A program made the translations under genes and the position numbers. 64,000 bases of DNA from Lama guanicoe (lineage: Eukaryota), in NCBI GenBank assembly GCA_013239625.1, contig MU053557.1, positions 3,688,123 to 3,752,122 on the forward strand, written 5' to 3'. Positions 37,815 to 50,514 of the stretch are shown here, in pieces. Within the stretch, counting starts at the first letter, position 1; every line of letters begins with the position of its first letter. The notes below the pieces were generated by a model. The model saw only the letters and a program-made list of their open reading frames with translations, was not told the origin of the DNA and ran no database searches.

Positions 37815-38050
37815 GGCACAGGGAAAAGACAGTAGACTCTTGATTGAGTGTACTTTGTCTGATTCCAGTTTTCACCACTTATTGTTTGTATCTTTGGGAA
37901 AGTTCTTAACTCTCTCTAAATGTCAGTAAAATGGGGATTCTAACAATAATGTATGTCCAACCTGCTCAACAGGTTGATCGTGAGGCCCAAATGAGAAAAT
38001 ATATTTTAAAAATTGTAATTTGCAAAGCATTTTACACATGTCAGTATTTC
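37815..38050. mobile_element. MIR SINE
   Basis: TTTGGGAAAGTTCTTAACTCTCT...GTAAAATGGGGAT...GTGAGGCCCAAATGAGA. Confidence 0.65.
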
Positions 38051-38388
38051 CCTTCATCACCAAGATTGGTTCAAACTTGATTTTTTTTTCTCTTTCAGTG
38101 TATTTGGTGCCTTTCTGTTCTCTTTACTTTATTTCTGAATGCTTCCCTCTCTTTTGTACCCTTCCCATGTTTTCTTCTTTTCTATCCTAATCTCACTGAA
38201 TTAGTATTTAGGTCTCTGTTAAATATGAGAGAGCAGAAAAAAATATCAAAACAAGAGTCAGGAGATTTGAATTCCTTTCATAGCTCTTTCACTTATGGCT
38301 AATAGACAAGAAGAAAATCATTGAACCATGCTGATTTTCAGTTTTGCTGACCATGAAATGGAAATAAGATATTATCTGCTTACCTTAC

Positions 38389-38786
38389 TGTCATTCTAAG
38401 TGAAGTAAGCCAGAAAGAGAAATAAAATACCATAGGATATCACTCATATGTGGAATTTAAAAAAAAAAAAAGGACACTATGAACTCATCTACAAAACAGA
38501 AACAGACTCGCAGACATAGTCAACAATCTTATGGTTACCAGGGAAAGGGGGTAGGAAGGAGTAAATTTGGGAGTTTGAGATTTACAAATGTTAGCCAATA
38601 TATATAAAAATAGATTTTTAAAGAAGTTTCCTCTGTATAGCACAGGGAACTATGTTCAATATCTTGTAATAACTTTTAATGAAAAAGAATATGAAAATGA
38701 ATATATGGATGTATATGCATGACTGGGACATTGCGCTGTATACCAGAAATTGACACATTATAATTGACTGTAATTCAATTAAAAAA
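38389..38786 (+). mobile_element. Younger L1 3' end (camelid-type) inserted in a MIR (~38240-38388)
   Basis: TCATTCTAAGTGAAGTAAGCCAGAAAGAG...GGACACTATGAACTCATCTACAAAACAG...GACTGGGACATTGCGCTGTATACCAGAAATTGACACA...TCAATTAAAAAA. Confidence 0.93.
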
Positions 38787-40039
38787 GGGAATAAATGTAA
38801 GGATCAAATATATAAAATATAAACAGTATATAAATATTTCTATACATATGCTGTGTACAAATTGATCTTGTACTATAAGTTATTCTATAAATTTTGTTCT
38901 AAAATAAATTTTATGTACAATTGCTCTCTAAGTACAATAAGGTAAATCCATTTATTAATGCTAGCAGCTACATAGAGTTCTTAGATAATTTTTACACGCT
39001 TTACAATACTTCTCTGAAGCATAAGTAGTAGTTTTCTATCTAGAAGTGAGAGAAAGAAATAGTCCCTATCTTAACACTGCAGACTAAAGCTAGTTATTGC
39101 ATTTTCCAAGGCCATTTATGTAGGTAACAAATAAATGTACATTACTTACAGCTTCTTGCCCAGAAATATTAAAATTACTTTCTGGAAAAATACTTTCTTA
39201 AAGGTAGTTTGCAATGGGGGATTTGTGATGAAATGCATTAATATCACATGGAATATCACTCAAAATAAACAAAACCACACTAAATGCAAAATAATGTTCA
39301 TATTCAATTTTAAATTCAACTCCTGCCCCCCAAATAGTGTTAAATAACTAATGACATAGAGGAAATAAGAAATTCAGAGAAAAGAAATTACCAAAGCAAA
39401 ACATCTTTTCTCCTAATTATTTAAGGAATGGATCACTCTGATTAACTGAATGTTTTGGATGGATGAAGGCTATAGATCCCAGCTCATTTTTTAAGAATTG
39501 AGTATAATATCATCAGAGAATCTCCTTCCAGAGGCCAATATCTGTATAATGTACTAGCCTTACTCTATGAACATCTTTCTGAAAAGATTTTCACAGATTC
39601 AAGTGAAAAATGATCACGTCTTCCACGAGACTATAATTTCTTAGAGATTAGAGCCTGTGTCTGTTCAATTCACAAGTTTAACAGTGGGCTCTCACATGGT
39701 GCCAGACAAATGTAGGCATTTTGTAACTATCTGTTGTATTCATGTAGGCAGTATTATGGAATCTGTTGCAGTACCATAATGCCTAACTTTGGACTTACAT
39801 TTTTAACTTTTTAAACCAAATTTTAGTAATTTTGTCCCATACCTGAGAATTCTCTGCTTTAACATTTATTATTCACTCTCATTCCTTTTTTCTGTCTATT
39901 GAATCAAGATTGTGGTACGACACCATGGTTAGTGCTATTTAACTTGTTACTTGATTGAATGAAACTTCTAAGACGTCAGACCTAGATATGAGTCACAGCT
40001 TGACCACTTACAAACCATGTGGCCTGATGTCAATGGTTG

Positions 40040-40250
40040 TGCACAGCCTTCCCCAGTGTCTCTCTGTGCCCAAATTTCCTCTCCTTAGAAGAGCACCAGT
40101 CACTTTGGGTTAGGGTTCAACCCTAATGGCCTCATTTTAACACAAGCACCTTTTTAAAGTCCCTTTCCTCAAATACAGTCACATTCTGAGATACTGGGGT
40201 TAAGACATAAAAATATGAATTTTGGAGTGACACAGTTCAGCCCAGAATAG
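40040..40250 (-). mobile_element. MLT1 (MaLR) LTR fragment inserted in a MIR
   Basis: CCAAATTTCCTCTCC...CACCAGTCAC...CCCTAATGGCCTCATTTTAAC...CAAATACAGTCACATTCTGAGATACTGGGGTTAAGAC...ATATGAATTTTGG. Confidence 0.88.
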
Positions 40251-41092
40251 TCCGAGATAAATTAGTTACACGTGTAGGTAGTGTGGTCAGTACAGTATGT
40301 GGTATTTAAGAGCTTGGGCTCTGGATTTGACTGCCTTTATTTGCATTGACTCTTATCATTTGCAAAGACCATTGCTTACAGGCTGTATGACCTTGGAAAA
40401 GTTATAGAATTTCACCAAACCTCAATATTTTTAACCTAGAAACAATGACCAAAATGATACCCTTTATTGTTGGACCTCTTACTTAGTAAATGCACTGTAA
40501 ATGACAGCAACTTTTATATTTCTTTGCAAATAATTTAATAAAGAGATATATATATATATATACACATACATATCTTTTCCTAAATTTGCTTATGAACCTA
40601 ACAATTTTGTCCTTTCTTATAGTATACACACACATAAAATATTTCACTATAAAATATGCACTACTCTTTTGCCAAAACTCAGTGCTACTTCAGAAGTCAT
40701 TTATTGTGATTTTTTTCTCCAAAGGACTGTAGCTCCACAAACATCTGTTTTCTACAGTCAGAATGACTCCTAGGAGACTTGAGAATGTATTGAATTTTCA
40801 GGTGATGCATAGTGTGGGGTTGTGGAACCGGGGTTCCACTAGCATTGACTGTAGGGAGCAACTGGATTGTATTTAAGAACCAAATATAACCCGATACGTT
40901 AATTTTAACACAGTTAACAATTAGGTATTGTAATGAAACATTCCTGTCTTCTTAATCCTAATCTAATAAATGCAACAATTGTATCTATAAATAGCAGGGT
41001 CTGTGTACTTAGTGATCAAACAGTGCCCATCCCATCCTGTTCTTAGATAAAATGAGATGCTTATCTCTATAGTTTCTCAGCCTTTCTAGACA

Positions 41093-41518
41093 GTTTTTCT
41101 TTAAAACACAATGTTATGTTAATCTCTGGTATGCAGCACAGTGATACACACACACATATACACACACACATATATATTATTTTTCATACTCTTTTCATTA
41201 TATGTTACAAGATATTGAATATAGTACCCTATGCTGTACAGTAGGACCTTGTTTATCTGTTTTGTATATAGTAGTTTGTATCTGCTAATCTCAAACTCCT
41301 AATTGCCACCTCCTCCTTTCCCCCTTTGGAAACCATAAGTTTGTCTTCTATGTCAGTGAGTCTGTTTCTGTTTTGTAAATAAGTTCATCTGTATCATTTT
41401 TTAGCTTCCACATACAAGTTGTGTCATATGGTATTTGACTTTCTCTTTCTGGCTTACTACACGCACCCCAGTGTTCATAGCAGCACTATTTACTCTAGTT
41501 AAGACATGTAAGCAACCG
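41093..41518 (-). mobile_element. Short L1 3' end with 5' inversion
   Basis: Antisense 3'UTR to ~41458, then a sense ORF2 piece CACCCCAGTGTTCATAGCAGCACTATTTAC...AAGCAACC; flanked by TTCTAGACA at 41084 and 41519. Confidence 0.88.
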
Positions 41519-43559
41519 TTCTAGACAAACAGAAAGGAATTCTCAGAGAGTGAGTGAAGGTACCTATTAATGGAACATTTCAAGATAAGAAGAGGGGTAA
41601 AGGCTGTTTTCCAGTTAGCGTTGTTCAAAAAGGAGAATACAGATGTGTTAAATTAATGGGTAAAAACATGAGAATTATAGAAAAGGACATTAAAAATTAA
41701 GAAAAGAGATAAGAAATTAATTCATCTTCTGAGAACCGTTAGGACATATACTTTTTTGGTCGTGGTCACAGCATACTTCTTTTTGCCCAGGTCATTGTGG
41801 GTTTTTGGGGGGGTGTGTGTGTGTATGTGTGAGAGGGTTTTGGGGGGTGTGTGAGTGTACGTGTGAGAGCAGGGGACAAGTAGAAAGAACCATGAGAGCA
41901 GTAGAATGCTGTACCTTAGTAGTTGAAAGCATGATAATGTCTGGGTTCTCTCTCAATCATCTGAAAGGCTGAGCAATGGCCACCTAGGGTGTAGACGGTG
42001 AGAAAGTGGCAGTACTGGGATTACCATCCAGACTAGTTCCTACTCTCGGGTTTATTAATGGCTCCATTTTCTGCAGGTAAGGAAAGAATAATAACACCTA
42101 CTTTGCTACCTCACAGCATTGCATTGAACAAATCAAGAGAGCTACTGGATGATGGATTGTTTGGAAAGATGTGGAGGGTGATTTAATTGTAAGAGACTGT
42201 AGTTATTTATTAAACTATTGTGATCATCAAGGATATTTCACCCAGAGAAAGAAAAGACCTGAATAATAATTTGCTAATTTTGGATTTTGGAAATAACCTT
42301 TGTCTTCAGTAATGTTACTGGTCTACAAAACCTTGTTTTCTCATTCCTTCCCACTGTGTCAGTATCCTGGGTGTGAATTCAGGTACTGGGCCACTCGATA
42401 CATGTGTTGAATTGTAAAGTTTATACTTTTTACAACCTAACTTCATTCTTTTTTAATAAGAAAAAGGGTCTTACGTGTTTGATGGGTAATTGAAAGAGCT
42501 GGCAAAAAAGGAATTTAGAATTTAAGAAAAGTACTCTGACAAACTAAGATAAAAGTACTCTATTAACTCAAACCCTAATTCTCTAAAACCTCAGTCCCAT
42601 TCATTAGCATTGAAATTCCATGGTTTTCAAAAATAAGGAGTGATTAGCAGAGTACATGATCAGTCACCTCTGGATTTACAACATGTCTGAAATGAAAGGG
42701 AGAAGTGGCTCTGACGCCAAGAGCCAGCTGATGTGTGCTTCCAGTACTGGGGGTGCTCACTGAGCCTTCCCCTGGCTGCCTCCTCCTTTTAGAAGAGGTT
42801 ATCAGTTTCAGCCCTTCTTATTCATCATTTCAGAAGGTTCTGGGTGTCACTGAGGAACTCTTTTCCAATAAGAAGGAAACCAACTCCTTCGACCTTTCCT
42901 CATAGCAGGGATACTTCAGAGATGCAGTCATCTTCTGGTTCTTTTGTTCCACCCTATCCTTCCACTCCTGGGAATACTACCCATTTGGGCTAGATTTGGT
43001 GTTCGGCAGAGCATATTACACAGTCACCAATTCTGTTGTAAGGCATTAAACTTTCCCACCATCAATAATAGAGCGTATGGTTGGGGCACATTTGATATGG
43101 TCTAACAGAGTAGATGGAAGATAAAAAAATTTAGTATCGGTATGTCATTATGTAGAAGAGGATTTTACAGCTAGAGATAAGGAATCGATGATGATAGATA
43201 CCTAGCAGTGACTTTGGCAAATTTTGATGGCTAATGCTTTGATTTGTTTTAGGTATCATGGTTTAGAACACAATGGTAGGATGAAGAAAAGATCTTGTAC
43301 CTTGACTCTTTCATTTTACTTCAGAATGTATTGGGGTTATTTCTATGTTGAGTAAACTTAAATCTGTCATTGTGGTCCACGTTTAAGCAATGTTGACTAT
43401 ATTTTGAGTCTTAGAAATTACCTAGTACAACCACATCATTATAATGAGATAAGAATACAAGATCAGCTATCAGTAACTATAAAGCTTATCACATACAATT
43501 GGAGTTGTTCTAAACAGCACAAACACACATATGTACGTACACAAGATTTATCTCTAACT

Positions 43560-43730
43560 CTTACAGCAATTCTCCAGTATAGTTTTGTTATCCCTGTTTT
43601 ACATATTAGAAAACTGAGGCTGAGAGAAAATAGGTGACTCGCTCAAGGCAACATAGCTAGTAATGAGTGAGTCAAGATTTGGACCCAGATCCATTATGTA
43701 CCAAAGCCAGGTTCATTTCCATTGCTCTAG
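43560..43730. mobile_element. MIR SINE
   Basis: TTATCCCTGTTTTACATATTAGAAAACTGAGGCTGAGAGA...GTGACTCGCTCAAGG. Confidence 0.8.
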
Positions 43731-45255
43731 GTAATTGCAAAAACAGGAATAGAAACAAATTTTCTGTCTGTCTGTCCCATTCTCTTTCTATTAAGCTGTG
43801 ATGGATGTCACTTTTCTAACCAGTAACAGTAATGCAGTTTGAACCTGCTTTCCATGGTCACTGATTTCACTAAACCATTGGAAAGAAAGAAAGCTAATAA
43901 CACAGACCTTGAAACCAAAGATTGTATTTTTAGAGAAAAAATACTATCTCATGAAAAAAGAAAAGGGAAATACTCTGGCTTTGATGGTATTCAGAGTGTT
44001 GACATGATCTCAGAATTGGCCAGCCTTAAATCAGTTTTCTGGAACAGTCTTTAAGAGGGCTTTGATCTCATTAGGACCCATACTTTCCTTCTGTAGATGT
44101 AGAGACCCTGTGGAATACTGAAATCAAACCATTTGGCTTTGGTCTCCATCATCTCTGCAGACTTCTTCAGGTGCTTTATGGAGCTAGTGGAGTAAAGTAA
44201 GCTGCTAGGCAAAAGGCATTTCTTGTAGAATGGAAGAAGGAACCAAGGAGGAGGTAACTTTCTCTAGAAAAGTTACATTTCTATATACTTTTAAATATTT
44301 TATTTCTTCTTTACTTCTTGGGAGACTAAATCATGAGGAGTAAACTTAGTTTAAGGGGAAACTCATTGAGCCAAATTTTCCAAACAGCGATTTGAGAGTG
44401 ATGGGCTGTGGACATTTAACCTTACGTCTCTAATGTTTATGATCATGATGTTTGGTTAGACTACAAGATGATGCTTTAGAATATATAATAGCCTCCCAAT
44501 TGAATTTTTTTAAAGTAGTTGCATGCAAGCTTTGATTTCACATAGTTTCTGCCTTTACTAATGTGCAAGAGTGAAGCAGATTATGGAGATGAAAAAATGT
44601 TGAAACTGTGGTCTTCTTTAAGAGCTGCCTCTCTGCCTCTTCCATCTAAATGGGGTGCTCCTGGGAAAGTCACTGCTCCTTCTCTGAGTTTCTGTTCCCA
44701 CATACATTCAGTGTTAGAATTTTGGTAGGTTATCCCTTAGGGTCATTTGACTCTAACTTACATGCGAGTCTGTGACACTGAATTGAGACACTTCAAATAG
44801 ATGCAGATGAAAGTAATGGAAATCCTGGTTTCTCTTGCTATAAGAAGCTTTCTCTGGATGTGGAACTCTTTCAGTCTTTACCTCCCTGGTAGGAAATCCC
44901 ATCTGTCTTCTTTTTCCCTTCCCTCCCACTTACGAAGGGAGCCTCGTTAGAAACATGCTCGTCTGTGAGAATGTGTGTCTGGTATTGCTGAGGAATTCAG
45001 TTCTTCTCTAGGACTGTGGAGTATTAAATTTTGAGCAGGGTCCTTGGACATAATCTATCCCCTTCTAGGGGAGGTATCATGAAAACACATTACAACTACT
45101 TTAGAAATAAGATGTGTTCAAATCTGCCTCCTTGACAAATCTGCCTTCTTGACTTCTTCTAAAAGATGGAAACTAAATTGACGCACTATATTAAGTTTAT
45201 CTTGACCTTGAACAACTGGTTTTACAGTGTTGGCTGCTGTGGGTGTTGCCCACAG

Positions 45256-45293
45256 TATATATAAAAGTGAGCTGCATCTCCACGGGTTCAGTC
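45256..45293 (+). promoter_or_regulatory. SPINK5 core promoter: TATA box and Inr
   Basis: TATATATAAAA at 45256-45266 and Inr-like TTCAGTC at 45287-45293. The Inr A (45290) lies 30 nt after the start of TATAAAA and 68 nt before the ATG. Confidence 0.85.
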
Positions 45294-45315
45294 TTAGAGC
45301 ACCAGCTGGTGAGCA

Positions 45316-45336
45316 ATGCAAGAAGCAGACTTGTAA
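45316..45336 (+). promoter_or_regulatory. Upstream ORF (MQEADL*) in SPINK5 5'UTR
   Basis: ATG CAA GAA GCA GAC TTG TAA lies downstream of the predicted TSS, in frame with the main ATG and ending 21 nt before it. Confidence 0.7.
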
Positions 45337-45357
45337 CCAACTTACATCATCTTCAAC

Positions 45358-45412
45358 ATGAAGATAGCCACAGTGCCAATGCTTCTGACCCTGGCTCTTT
45401 GCCTCGTACAAG
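45358..45412 (+). CDS. SPINK5: SPINK5 coding exon 1 (signal peptide MKIATVPMLLTLALCLVQ-)
   Basis: ATG in AACATGA context, hydrophobic signal peptide, donor AG|GTGAGC at 45413; 55 coding nt. Confidence 0.97.
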
Positions 45413-46665
45413 GTGAGCAATTTGCATGTAGGCTAAGCCTCTTGCTACACATCACAAAACTCTGGGCAGGGGTTTGTCTCCTTTCTTCCCTCCCCAAAGA
45501 TACATGTTTATATGTAGGTAAAATCCTGAAATATCTAGCTAGACACAGAGTTTTGAATAATTATGTTTGTGGATTTGTGATATTATCTTTAGAAATGACC
45601 CATGGTTTGAGATAATCTGAGTTTTTAACCATCAGAAATTCTTCCATTAATTCAATATTAGTTCTGAAAAGCTAACAGGTTTTTCTCCTTCTTCCCTTCA
45701 CCAAATACATCAGCTCATAATGATATGAATTATATATATTATAGATTAAGCATATGAATTCATACTGATATGAATTATGTAGATCATCAATATCTGAAAC
45801 TTAGACTACTTAATTTGTATATTTTAATATTGCATTTATAAATAAAACATTCAAAATCAAATTCAATCATCTGTTTTTATTTCAACGTAGTAATGCTTTC
45901 TAGCATATTTAATTTTTGTGTTTTCAAATCCTAAATGGATTGAAAGTATTTCTTCTAAATGGGAGCTAGGAGGTAGGTTTCTGCTTTTGCTCTTTGAATT
46001 TGAAGGGAACACAAGATTGCCTAGACTTACTTTGCTCTGAAGCATTTACATTTTTGAAAAGGAAACCTGAAGAGACGGAGAGTCAGGATATCATTATACG
46101 TAAATGATACCCACTTTGCTAAAATACATGCATAGGTACAGAAGATGTCTGTTAATGAGAGAGTGTATTAGTCTACGATGTTAATTAATCTTAATATTTA
46201 CCAGATCTCTAATTTTTATAGCTGTAATGAGGAGGCAAAATTACTAGAATTCAGAATCTTGATTTTATGTGTGTGTATATATATATATATATGATATAAA
46301 CTTTATGATATATTATACCTTAAAATTATCTTTGATGTGAGATACTTGATATGTGTGTTAATGTTATAATTTTAAAAGAGGTCTGCCATCCTTTGCTCTG
46401 AAAGGACGTTTTAGAAATTAGCTATCTTTATGGGGTCAGAAAGCATATTTCAAAGTAATTGGACCTATATGAGGGATAGACCTCTGGCCTGGTGCAGCAC
46501 CCTCACTTTATTTGCCGTGGTAAACTTTAGTGTGTTCACGTCAATTTGTGGTTTTACAATATGTTGCCATTAAAATAAGCAAGACACTGTCCTGAGTGAA
46601 TTGTTTGTTCTGCTTATTAAGTGTTGGTGATTCCCTTAACTCTGGTTTCTGTATTTTTGTCCCAG

Positions 46666-46691
46666 ATGCTGCCAGTGAAGATGAAGATCAG
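46666..46691 (+). CDS. SPINK5: SPINK5 exon 2 (DAASEDEDQ)
   Basis: Acceptor TTTTTGTCCCAG|, donor CAG|GTTAGT; 26 nt restores phase 0; similar to human DAASKNEDQ. Confidence 0.93.
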
Positions 46692-47074
46692 GTTAGTCCT
46701 GCTTTTTCTGGTCACTGAATTCATTCCAAGATCCCTAAAGGAAAACGTTCTGTGGCCAACACCTCCGTGTTAATAATACAGACATAGTATATTGATAGGC
46801 ACTAGTAAGCTTTTGTTAAAAACACAGGGCCAGGCCTTTATGAATCAAGACATGAATCACGCCACACATAAATCAATGACTAATGATAATGGATGTCTGC
46901 AAGAGGCAATCTGCCGTGCTAAAGGAGTGCTTTAAAATTCCATAAACAAACTAGTGGATTACTATTTTTCAGTTTAAAAGCTAAAAGCATCATGACACAC
47001 ATAGAAAGCTGAAGTAAGCTGTCTTGTGATCATTGTGCAGAAAGGGTTGCTGTATCTTGTATATGATCAGTGTA

Positions 47075-47420
47075 CATGTTTCATTCAATACATATTTACT
47101 GAGCATCTATCACGTGTCAGATCCTTTTTGAGATGCTGGGGCTATTCCAAAGGAAAGAAAAGAAAAAAGAACCCTGCCCTCATGGAGCTTACATCTCAGG
47201 GGAGGAAAACAAACAAGCTAATAAGTAAATTAGTAAAATATATAGTACATTAAGTAACAATTAGTGTTAGAAGAAAGATAAGCAGGGATTTCTGGGGTTG
47301 GAGGTGGTATCAGTTCTTCTTGAGACAGTCAGGGAACTTCTCTCTGAAAAGACAGCGTTAGGATACGGATCTGAAGTTGAGGACGGAGTGAATCGTGAAG
47401 GTACTTGCAAGTCACAGCAG
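47075..47420. mobile_element. L2 3' end in SPINK5 intron 2
   Basis: TTCATTCAATACATATTTACTGAGCATCTA...CCCTGCCCTCATGGAGCTTACATCT...GTCAGGGAACTTCTCTCTGA. Confidence 0.85.
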
Positions 47421-48550
47421 GCCAGTCAGAAGCACCTGTGATGGCGGTAGGGCTGACTCAGGAAGGGTCTTCACGAACTCTTAGAGGTCTTTTGATTGAG
47501 AAATGAAGCAATCTTTTTTTAAATAGTAATTTGAAAAATTTTAATCTGTCTGAAAGGCAGATTGAAAGGGTGAAATACAAACACACATATACAAGCACAC
47601 AACTGTGCCATTGTTTCAACATTTAAATATTGCTAAGTATGTAGCAAGTGTTTGCTATGTCTCTCAAAGACTAGAAACGTTAAAATAATAGAACAGTAAA
47701 AATATTCTTTTCTACATTGAAACTCTTAGCATGATGGTTAAAATGCTCTTGCTGTATTTTATTGTAACTTTTCTTTTTTAAAAAAAACTTCTTTTTAGGA
47801 ATATTTAGAGAATTTCATTATAGTCTCTATTATTTTATCTAAGTTTGTTGATTAAAGAGATGTTCAGAAACCTCTGTGGCATAAGTGGAGTGCTATAGTA
47901 GAGAAGGAAAAAAGACTGGATTTGGGGGAATCTAAGAGCATGCTCATTTGGATGTTTTATACTGGAAAAAGAAAATAGTGTAAATCTCACTGTGCATGAA
48001 GTCGTAATTTTCTTTGACAGAGTCTCTAATAATGGGTGGTAGTTTCCAGCGGATATTTCAAATTTTGCATTGATACTTTTCATCCTATTAAACCCTGAAA
48101 CTTTTTTCACTGAAAAACATTTTCAGAACATAAATTTAGCCAACTCTTACAATGGCATAAGCAGGAAGAATACAAAAAGTGATTAAGTATCTGAAATATG
48201 TTGATGATAGTCCTTGGATATTTTGTCAGAAATGAAAACTATTGATTTAGTCTTTCTTATGGGGCTAGGATTTTTATTTTCCAAGTGCAGGAGCTTGAGT
48301 TCTTCCTGCTACCTTATAAACATGAGCCAGGACAGTGCAGAAGAGCACTGCAGTAATCTGCAAGGATCTTTACCATAGGCTTAAATTAGTCATTAGAGAA
48401 GAGTTGTTATGAAGCTAAAACAACCTTGTTAGTGCTCTAACACAGAGCAGGGGTGATGCCAGCTCCTGGGGGGTTTTATTATGATGCCCGGGGAGGACCA
48501 ATGGAAGACAACGAGCTGTGTCACAGCCAGTGAAGGAAAACAGAAAGAGC

Positions 48551-48569
48551 TTAGCTCTAGAGGGCGCCT
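48551..48569 (+). promoter_or_regulatory. Candidate CTCF site in SPINK5 intron 2
   Basis: TTAGCTCTAGAGGGCGCCT is close to the CTCF core and retains a CpG. Confidence 0.45.
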
Positions 48570-50074
48570 GTTTTCCTGAGACTTGTGGAGAAAACACAAA
48601 GAGCAACTATCTCAAAACCAAAATGTGCCAAAGTCTGGGCGTTAGATTGAAAATAAACAGTTGCTGAAAAGTCACCTCCCCACCTCAGGATTCTGTTATG
48701 GTCTGGACCCGCTCCTGTCTCAGCCCCCTCTGTTATGGTCACTGGGGGGACCTTTCTTGTTTCCCAGAGAAAAACCCAAGTGCTGCTTTCAGTTTCTATG
48801 GCCTCTTCCTGTGTCCCCAGAGGATACGCTGGGTAACTTCCCAACTCAGGAAAGGAGCACTAAGTTCCATCTTCACGAATTGCAAAACTGTCAACAAGTT
48901 TTTTAACCTCCTCTCTGGGACTCGGTTTTCTGCTAGAAAAAAAAAAAGTGGGTCTTTCTAGGATTTAGGTGCTTATCTGATTGTGACATTGGAGAAATCC
49001 AGTTCAGGAATTATCTTGACTGATAATGTCCTTTTTAAGTTGACTACTAAAAACTATTTACAACTTCCTCCTATGAATCTTTGTTTTCAGTACTTTAAGA
49101 CCTACCTTACAAGGGATGTATTTCTATTACAAAGACGCTAGGCTTTTCTCTGTTTCTATAACGAAGTTTTACCTAGACTTTATAGAATTAGTTATATCCG
49201 GCAAGCTAAGCAGTAACTTGCAGTATTGATACTACAGAATCAGAGATCAGACACAGGTCTCAAGAAGCCCAGTTGTCAGTCTGGTGCCAGAAATTGTTGC
49301 TGTGTTACTCAGATAAGATCACTGGGTGGTGATAATAATTTTAGAGGTATTTTAATAGGTCACCCTTAGCGAAGTTTCTCAGGGCTGATCTCTGAAATTA
49401 TTTATTTTGCTTTACTATTCATTCCGCAGCTGCTACCAACTGCCTCCCCTGTATGCAGTGCTAGGTTCGGTTCATTGTTATCCATTAGATGGTAAGCACC
49501 ATTGAGGACGGGGTTCTTCTGCCTTGTTTACTGCTATATCCATGGCATGTAGCAAAGTGTAGTAGCCTTAAAATAATAAGCATTTGTTGACCAATTGAGT
49601 GACTATCATATAGGAGGCTGAATACAATTCTATAATCAGTCCTTTGAAAGGGGTTGCATTTGTCAGAGTTGGAGCAAAGACTTCATTATTTTTTTTGGTA
49701 TAAGGATCATGAAGCTTCCCCCCCGCCCAAAGTCAAAATATACCAAAAAATCAAAAAACACAGATTCCAAAGGCTTTAAAGGACCAACGGATTTCCTAAA
49801 TAATAGGTACTGTAAGATTTTAAATTAGTACTTTACTAGGTAGTGCAAATGCATCACTGATATTAAGCTCCTAGAAAAAAGTGAGTGAGTGACATATAGC
49901 AGGCCTTCATTAAATATATTGCATTAACCTTTTCAGCAATCTTTTCATATACCGTTTTATGGCAATTATTATTGAACTGCTGTGTGCTAGGTATTTTATA
50001 TAAGTCATCCTAGCATATTCCAATAATAATAATGGCAACCACAATAAAACAGGAGGAAGAGGAGAGGTGGAGAA

Positions 50075-50300
50075 TCTAATTACTGAATATCTACCATGTA
50101 TCAGACAGCCTTTGAGGGTTTCACATGCTTATGACATTTAATCCTCACAAAACTTAGGAAACATGTATACTTAAATCCTCTATTTTTACAGATAAGGTAA
50201 GTGAGCCTTTGAGAAGTCACTTTGCTATGGCTTTTGGGCTTATAAATGAGAACTCTGGGAAACATGCTCGGGTCTTTTGCCTCCAAGCCCCTTGTTCTTT
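50075..50300. mobile_element. MIR SINE
   Basis: TACTGAATATCTACCATGTATCAGAC...CATTTAATCCTCACAA...TATTTTTACAGATAAGG. Confidence 0.75.
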
Positions 50301-50514
50301 CCATTTCACTAATGGTTTTAGATAAATGCTTTTAGGTAAATTTTCAATCTCCAACAGACAATCCAGAGTCATTATTTCTGCTTGTATTATTTGTATAATT
50401 GAGTGAATGCCTTCCATACAAAGGGGATAGTGGTCATGAAATACTATTGTTCTCAGAAGGTGAAGTCTTGCTTTGATGAGGTTTCAGTAAACACTTTTTT
50501 CATCTTTTCCTTAG

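Noticed and set aside
41800..41868. ~34-bp repeated unit (also ~29-bp units at 59252-59318) resembling an array
   Set aside because: Only two or three degenerate adjacent copies without spacers; ordinary slippage in low-complexity or MIR sequence, not CRISPR-like.
1..45200. Remaining 60-120 aa ORFs in the upstream region
   Set aside because: Lengths are consistent with chance, many use non-ATG starts or lie in repeats, and none resembles a protein family I recognise. I cannot exclude lncRNA exons.
45306..45314. Donor-like TG|GTGAGC in the 5'UTR
   Set aside because: Only ~20 nt from the predicted cap and its use would remove the start codon; no transcript evidence.
45413..45615. Extension of the 85-aa ORF beyond exon 1 as a single-exon secreted protein
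   Set aside because: Read-through into intron 1 past a clear donor; similarity to LEKTI stops at the splice site.
47755..47830. Pyrimidine tract plus TAG in intron 2 as a cryptic exon
   Set aside because: No matching donor or meaningful frame; exons 2 and 3 already join in frame.
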